The notes under the pieces are model-generated. The model did not search any database, was not told the origin of the DNA, and worked only from the letters and a program-made list of their open reading frames with translations. Below are positions 34,453 through 38,270 of a stretch of 38,270 bases of DNA, piece after piece. Origin of the DNA: a virus (lineage: Duplodnaviria; Caudoviricetes); the IMG/VR virus record IMGVR_UViG_3300044538_000011, positions 1 through 38,270 of that record, one strand, 5' to 3'. Within the stretch, counting starts at the first letter, position 1. Every line of letters starts with the position of its first letter. A program made the translations under genes and the position numbers.

Positions 34453-34546
34453 TAAATAAAATCTAAAAAAAATTTCAAAGGGGTATTGTGAAAAAGATAA
34501 ATGGACTTATATATAGGTACTGTATAGGATAGATATAAAAACAGCT

Positions 34547-34735
34547 ATGATAAAAAGTCAAAAACCTGCAAGGAGGCAGTGCGCATACATGGATGATGGA
34601 ACAATCCAAAAAGGATTGGATAAAGTGTCTCAGTTTTTGAGGGATAAAAGTTATTTTAAAGGCGTGCGCATAACACGCACCGATGTGCTTTTATATCTAA
34701 TCGAACACTGGGAGAAAACAACACAGAATGAATAG
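34547..34735 (+). CDS. Small ribbon-helix-helix-like DNA-binding protein
   Basis: Short strand (QCAYMD), a helix, then ITRTDVLLYLIE helix B pattern. Confidence 0.55.
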   Translation: MIKSQKPARRQCAYMDDGTIQKGLDKVSQFLRDKSYFKGVRITRTDVLLYLIEHWEKTTQNE

Positions 34736-34742
34736 CTTCTAG

Positions 34743-34833
34743 CCAAAAGTTCTCTCTCTCGGAGTGGACTTTTGGGTAGCACTATAAACTACCAAAAAAA
34801 ATAGCCCATGGGTGCGATCAACACCCACGGGCT
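34743..34833. promoter_or_regulatory. Two intergenic hairpins
   Basis: CCAAAAGTTC...GGACTTTTGG (34743-34775) and AGCCCATGGGTG-CGATCAA-CACCCACGGGCT (34803-34833) preceded by an A run. Confidence 0.6.
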
Positions 34834-34868
34834 TGTAAATTAAACCTAACGAAACTAGGAGTAATCAC

Positions 34869-35111
34869 TTGAATACTATACCTCACTTCTCACAAGTTGT
34901 AGTCAACCATGGTCCAAGGGACCTTTGGCGTGCAACTTTTCCATTCCCGTCGACGGACAATACGTTGCCCGCCGGCGCAGGCGACAGCCCATGGTTGGCA
35001 TTGGCAGTCTTTTTCCACAATCTCGATAACTCAATCAAAGACCAAGAAATTGAACTTGGTCTGTACGATAAATTTGAAGTTATCGTGATAGGGAGGTTGC
35101 AACATGCCTGA
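34869..35111 (+). CDS. Hypothetical protein, HicB N-terminal-like; paralog of 1575-1925
   Basis: AGGAG RBS, TTG start; WRATFP...AGAGDSPWLALAVFFHNL. Confidence 0.6.
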   Translation: MNTIPHFSQVVVNHGPRDLWRATFPFPSTDNTLPAGAGDSPWLALAVFFHNLDNSIKDQEIELGLYDKFEVIVIGRLQHA

Positions 35112-36198
35112 CCAAACTACCACTCCCATCAAAAAAAAACGCACTCGTGAAGAGGCCCTGGCGGCTTTCGAACGTAAATACGGGTCGGTCAAGTCAACCG
35201 ACTTAAATAATTGGGAACAATTTAAATTGGGCGTTTCCAGTATTGGTACGTTTTTACTGGCAATAGTGTTTTTGTTTCTGGTAGTAACTGGAAACGGAGG
35301 CAATATCAACATCGGTAGCGGTTCAATTACCACCACCGAGTCCACCACCGAGACTACCACGGACATTGATTATGCCAGTGGGGCAACCAGCGATCTCCAA
35401 AGATTGGCCATCGCACTTTCAGAGGAGGCAGGTGTTGAACCTCCCTTTATCCAAGCGATTATTTTTGTGGAATCGTTTTGGAATATCGAAGCGAAAGGCC
35501 GTGACATTCCATTGCGCGGCGGCGGGTCAACCAATGCAATTGGTTTAATGCAAGTTTTACCATCCTCCGCGGAGGCGGAATGTGGTTTAACTGGATCGAC
35601 AGAGGAGATTACCAAACAACTCTACGACCCTGAAACCAATATCAGATGTGGTATTAAGATTTTCAAACGATACCGTGAACTTGCCCGCGGTGATTTAGTT
35701 GTCACCTTTGCCAGTTACAACGCAGGCCCAGGCAACGCAGAACAAGCCGTCAAGGAGCGGTGGCCGGAGACAACCCTGCATTACTTGAAGGCGAAGCTTG
35801 TGACACCTAGTTTTGACCCATATCGTGAAAGATGTCAAGACATCAGTTGTGTCCGCATGAAACCCGATGCGAAACAAGGTGGCCCAAATGATCCGCGGTT
35901 AGATCAACTGGCCATCGCTGTGCAATCCGACGAGTTTCTGGGTGCGCGAATCGGATACGTGTCTGCCTTTAACGATGGGCACTCTGCGCACAATCCCGAC
36001 GGTTATCATCCGAAGGGCAAGGCAGTGGATTTCGTAGTCAACTCGCCGTTTTGCAAGGACAAAACCATCGCCAGACTGGAAGACCTGGCGAAAGAGATAT
36101 ACCCGGACATGAAGTTCAGAATTGTAGATGAAGTTGAATCTGCAATACATCTGCACTTTGAAATAACGGAAGCGGAAACAGGAGGGGAATCGTTATGA
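35104..36198 (+). CDS. Membrane-anchored lytic transglycosylase (SLT) with C-terminal M15-like Zn peptidase domain
   Basis: TM helix, Thr-rich linker, IIFVES, AIGLMQV, DPETNIRCG, ASYNAGPG; C-terminal H.KGKAVDF...HLHFE. Confidence 0.88.
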   Translation: MPDQTTTPIKKKRTREEALAAFERKYGSVKSTDLNNWEQFKLGVSSIGTFLLAIVFLFLVVTGNGGNINIGSGSITTTESTTETTTDIDYASGATSDLQRLAIALSEEAGVEPPFIQAIIFVESFWNIEAKGRDIPLRGGGSTNAIGLMQVLPSSAEAECGLTGSTEEITKQLYDPETNIRCGIKIFKRYRELARGDLVVTFASYNAGPGNAEQAVKERWPETTLHYLKAKLVTPSFDPYRERCQDISCVRMKPDAKQGGPNDPRLDQLAIAVQSDEFLGARIGYVSAFNDGHSAHNPDGYHPKGKAVDFVVNSPFCKDKTIARLEDLAKEIYPDMKFRIVDEVESAIHLHFEITEAETGGESL

Positions 36199-36497
36199 TG
36201 CAATATGTGGTCCCTCAATGGTTACTGGATATTTACGGTTGTTTGTGGGTGGGCACACCAGCTTTTATCGGCGGTTGCTTGTTCACCTTGCTAATAGTTT
36301 TCGTTGGAAAGAAGTTGGAAATGTTGGCAAGGAGGGCGTTTTGGCCACTCGTTATGCTGATTGTTGTCCTCATCGGACTCGGATTTATTTTCGACAATGC
36401 TGAGAGATGGAGAAAGCACCAGACACCACCACCGACCCAGAAGGAAAGTGGAACGTGGTCATGGTCTTGGAATGGAGGCAAAGAAAATGAGAAGTAA
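36195..36497 (+). CDS. Two-TM membrane protein
   Basis: ATGA overlap with the SLT gene; two hydrophobic segments. Its 3' end is also seen at 1-81. Confidence 0.75.
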   Translation: MMQYVVPQWLLDIYGCLWVGTPAFIGGCLFTLLIVFVGKKLEMLARRAFWPLVMLIVVLIGLGFIFDNAERWRKHQTPPPTQKESGTWSWSWNGGKENEK

Positions 36498-36648
36498 ATT
36501 TGTTGCCCATTTCATGGAATATTTTCTGCCAACGCTTGTCACCGCGGGGCTTATCGCATTAATGGTATTCGCGATAATAAGTGTGGTTGACAATAATTTT
36601 GGAAGGTTGCATGGACAGAATGGAGGTATCCAAAATGAACGCTATTAG
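36487..36648 (+). CDS. Small single-pass membrane protein (allele 2)
   Basis: Counterpart of 71-229. Confidence 0.7.
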   Translation: MRSKFVAHFMEYFLPTLVTAGLIALMVFAIISVVDNNFGRLHGQNGGIQNERY

Positions 36649-37699
36649 ATTCCGCCCGTCGTCGGAAGCATTATTCCATTTGTTTTTGGGAATTGCCGCG
36701 GCCGTGATCGTGCAAACCAATATATTCCAGTTTGTTTGGTCTTCCACTCACAATGTGCCCGCAACCGTAGGTGTGATGCTGTTTGGGTTGATTGAAATCA
36801 TCATTGCATCCCAAATGATGGTTGCGTTCCAGGTGAGAAAACCATTTGCAATGATTATTTGGTCAACGTTGTTTGTCACGCTGTTTGCCTTTCTTTTAGT
36901 CGCCGATTTATCTTTTTACGCGGGTGAATTTACGGATAGACAAAAGGAACTTGCGGAACAAACACCCGAAGCGAAGGCTGCAAAGGATGCAATTGCGGAC
37001 GCAGACAGACTGATGGCGGCCAATGCGCAGTATGCAAGTGTTGATGTCGGGGCTTGGGAAGCAAAAAGGGATGCAATCCAAGCTCAGATTGATGCAAAGG
37101 AAAGCATCAAGTGTGGAAAAAAGATGTACAAAGCATGTGAAAATCCCAAGGCAGAGGCAATCGGCAAATTGAGGCTCCAATTGGAGGAACCGCAAACGAT
37201 GATCGCAGGACATGAAGCGTATGCAAATGCAGTGGATAAGAGGGAGGAGGCACAAGCGGCGTATGCAAAAGCGACATCTGTGATGACCAATGCGGTGTCG
37301 GAGACGATGATCGGAAGTTTTGGTGCGGCGGGTTTTCAGTGGGTTGCCAAATTTTTCGATCTCGATCAGATGACAGTACAGACCTATTTCTTTGGATTTA
37401 TTGTGTTAATTCTTGGAATCTGGTCGGTTTATGGGCCCTCAAAGTATTTTAGCGAGTACAGGAAGCATGAACGTCGATATCGACGTGCAATGGAAAAACG
37501 GATTGACGGGGTAAGAGAACCGATGACGGTTTCTATCCAAAACCCACAAAGTTCGGGCGTTGATTTGGCGTCCCAAATCCAGGCAATGCAAGATCAAATT
37601 GCATCACTAGGCAAATTGCGGGAGGAATTAATGCCACTCCTTGCACCACCAAAAATGGAGCCGGAGCCGGCATTGGAGATTGCCAACCCAAAAACGTAA
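36635..37699 (+). CDS. Multi-pass membrane coiled-coil protein (allele 2)
   Basis: Counterpart of 219-1286; frame intact despite many substitutions. Confidence 0.85.
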   Translation: MNAIRFRPSSEALFHLFLGIAAAVIVQTNIFQFVWSSTHNVPATVGVMLFGLIEIIIASQMMVAFQVRKPFAMIIWSTLFVTLFAFLLVADLSFYAGEFTDRQKELAEQTPEAKAAKDAIADADRLMAANAQYASVDVGAWEAKRDAIQAQIDAKESIKCGKKMYKACENPKAEAIGKLRLQLEEPQTMIAGHEAYANAVDKREEAQAAYAKATSVMTNAVSETMIGSFGAAGFQWVAKFFDLDQMTVQTYFFGFIVLILGIWSVYGPSKYFSEYRKHERRYRRAMEKRIDGVREPMTVSIQNPQSSGVDLASQIQAMQDQIASLGKLREELMPLLAPPKMEPEPALEIANPKT

Positions 37700-37947
37700 G
37701 CCACCCTACGGACGGTAGGGAAGTTAATCCAGAGGTAGTGGTGGCCAGTGCGGGACAGGAGAACGCAACAATTATCCCATTTATGGATAATGGGGATAGG
37801 GTGAAGGGACAAACCTACAATTGTGCGAAATGCGGTAAACCTTACGTTGCCGTGAGTAAAATCCACAAACTTTGCGCAGACTGTGGGAAAAAACGGGATG
37901 TAGAAGTGCGTGGGAAGTTGGGTATCAGAGATGGTACTAATCCATAA
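37687..37947 (+). CDS. -1 frameshift extension/zinc ribbon (allele 2)
   Basis: C CCA AAA at 37687-37693, hairpin 37704-37720; -1 frame open through CAKCGK...CADCGKKR. Confidence 0.7.
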   Translation, partial: PKNVSHPTDGREVNPEVVVASAGQENATIIPFMDNGDRVKGQTYNCAKCGKPYVAVSKIHKLCADCGKKRDVEVRGKLGIRDGTNP

Positions 37948-38020
37948 ATGAAAGTGCTATCGAAACGCAGGAAAACGTTTCGATAGCTGATTACTTAATC
38001 CAGGTAAAAACAAGATAAAC

Positions 38021-38270
38021 ATGAACAACATATCAGGTTTGAAAGTATTCGTCAAGTTCCATCGCGGAACGTGGACCGCACGCTTGCAAGGTGTGCAGTT
38101 GTCCTTAATCGGTACGGGTTACACGGCATGGGGTGCCATCGGCATTCTCTTTCAGAATGTGGAGTTATCCGTACAAGAAGGGGAACTTACTATCAATGAG
38201 GATTTTATTGAAATCCATGTCAATGGAAAAAATGGAAATTCCATGCCTTCCATGATTTCCACTCCTAGCG
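38021..38270 (+). CDS. HicB-like hypothetical protein (allele 2, truncated by window end)
   Basis: Counterpart of 1575-1925. Confidence 0.55.
   Translation, partial: MNNISGLKVFVKFHRGTWTARLQGVQLSLIGTGYTAWGAIGILFQNVELSVQEGELTINEDFIEIHVNGKNGNSMPSMISTPS

Larger units (their letters stand above)
1..36416. mobile_element. Temperate lambdoid-type siphophage/prophage, one genome unit (circularly permuted)
   Basis: Terminase, portal, capsid, tail tube, tape measure, CI-like repressor, Xis and tyrosine integrase are all present. No sheath or baseplate recognised. The sequence restarts at 36417. No host genes seen. Confidence 0.95.
36417..38270 (+). repeat. Long diverged direct repeat, copy 2
   Basis: Aligns to 1-1824; 30 bp longer in total. 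Confidence 0.97.

Noticed and set aside
34663-34690. dif-like site (CGTGCGCATAA resembles the XerC arm)
   Set aside because: No XerD arm (TTATGTTAAAT) follows, and it lies inside a plausible CDS.
36417-38270. Physical direct terminal repeats or LTRs
   Set aside because: The copies are diverged, start mid-gene and have 126-127 bp exact flanks typical of assembly. A cos site and lambda-type terminase argue for cohesive ends.
1-38270. tRNA/rRNA genes, IS elements, contractile tail genes
   Set aside because: No cloverleaf, rRNA, transposase, sheath or baseplate motifs recognised by eye. A tRNAscan/HMM run would be needed to exclude them formally.

Overview
The window is one apparently complete, circularly permuted temperate siphophage/prophage genome of about 36.4 kb (unit length 36,416 bp), read once round plus ~1.8 kb. 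Positions 1-1824 recur at 36417-38270 as a diverged second allele. Recognisable modules are lambda-type packaging (cos, Nu1-like TerS, gpA-like TerL), head (gpW-like protein, lambda-family portal, HK97-type protease-capsid fusion), a non-contractile tail (gpZ/gpU-like proteins, tube, G/GT chaperone, tape measure, tip proteins), a CI/Cro-like switch, a replication initiator, Xis and a tyrosine integrase followed by a candidate attP region. The unusual points are these. (1) The whole cos-terS-terL block is inverted relative to the head/tail operon and carries a SLOG-phosphoribosyltransferase fusion gene between cos and terS. (2) An envelope-directed operon after attP encodes an RHH protein, a HicB-like protein, a membrane-anchored SLT+M15-like hydrolase, three membrane proteins and a second HicB-like protein. 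In it, a conserved CCCAAAA+hairpin -1 frameshift would join a Zn ribbon to a membrane coiled-coil protein, and the operon ends in a palindrome array. (3) An unannotated 58-aa copy of the portal C-terminus is bounded by a 34-bp direct repeat. (4) There are several repeat arrays (TGGAA/TTCCA, TGCA-N5-TGCA, GAAGCAAAAA). All protein calls come from motifs recognised by eye; no database searches were run and the host cannot be determined.
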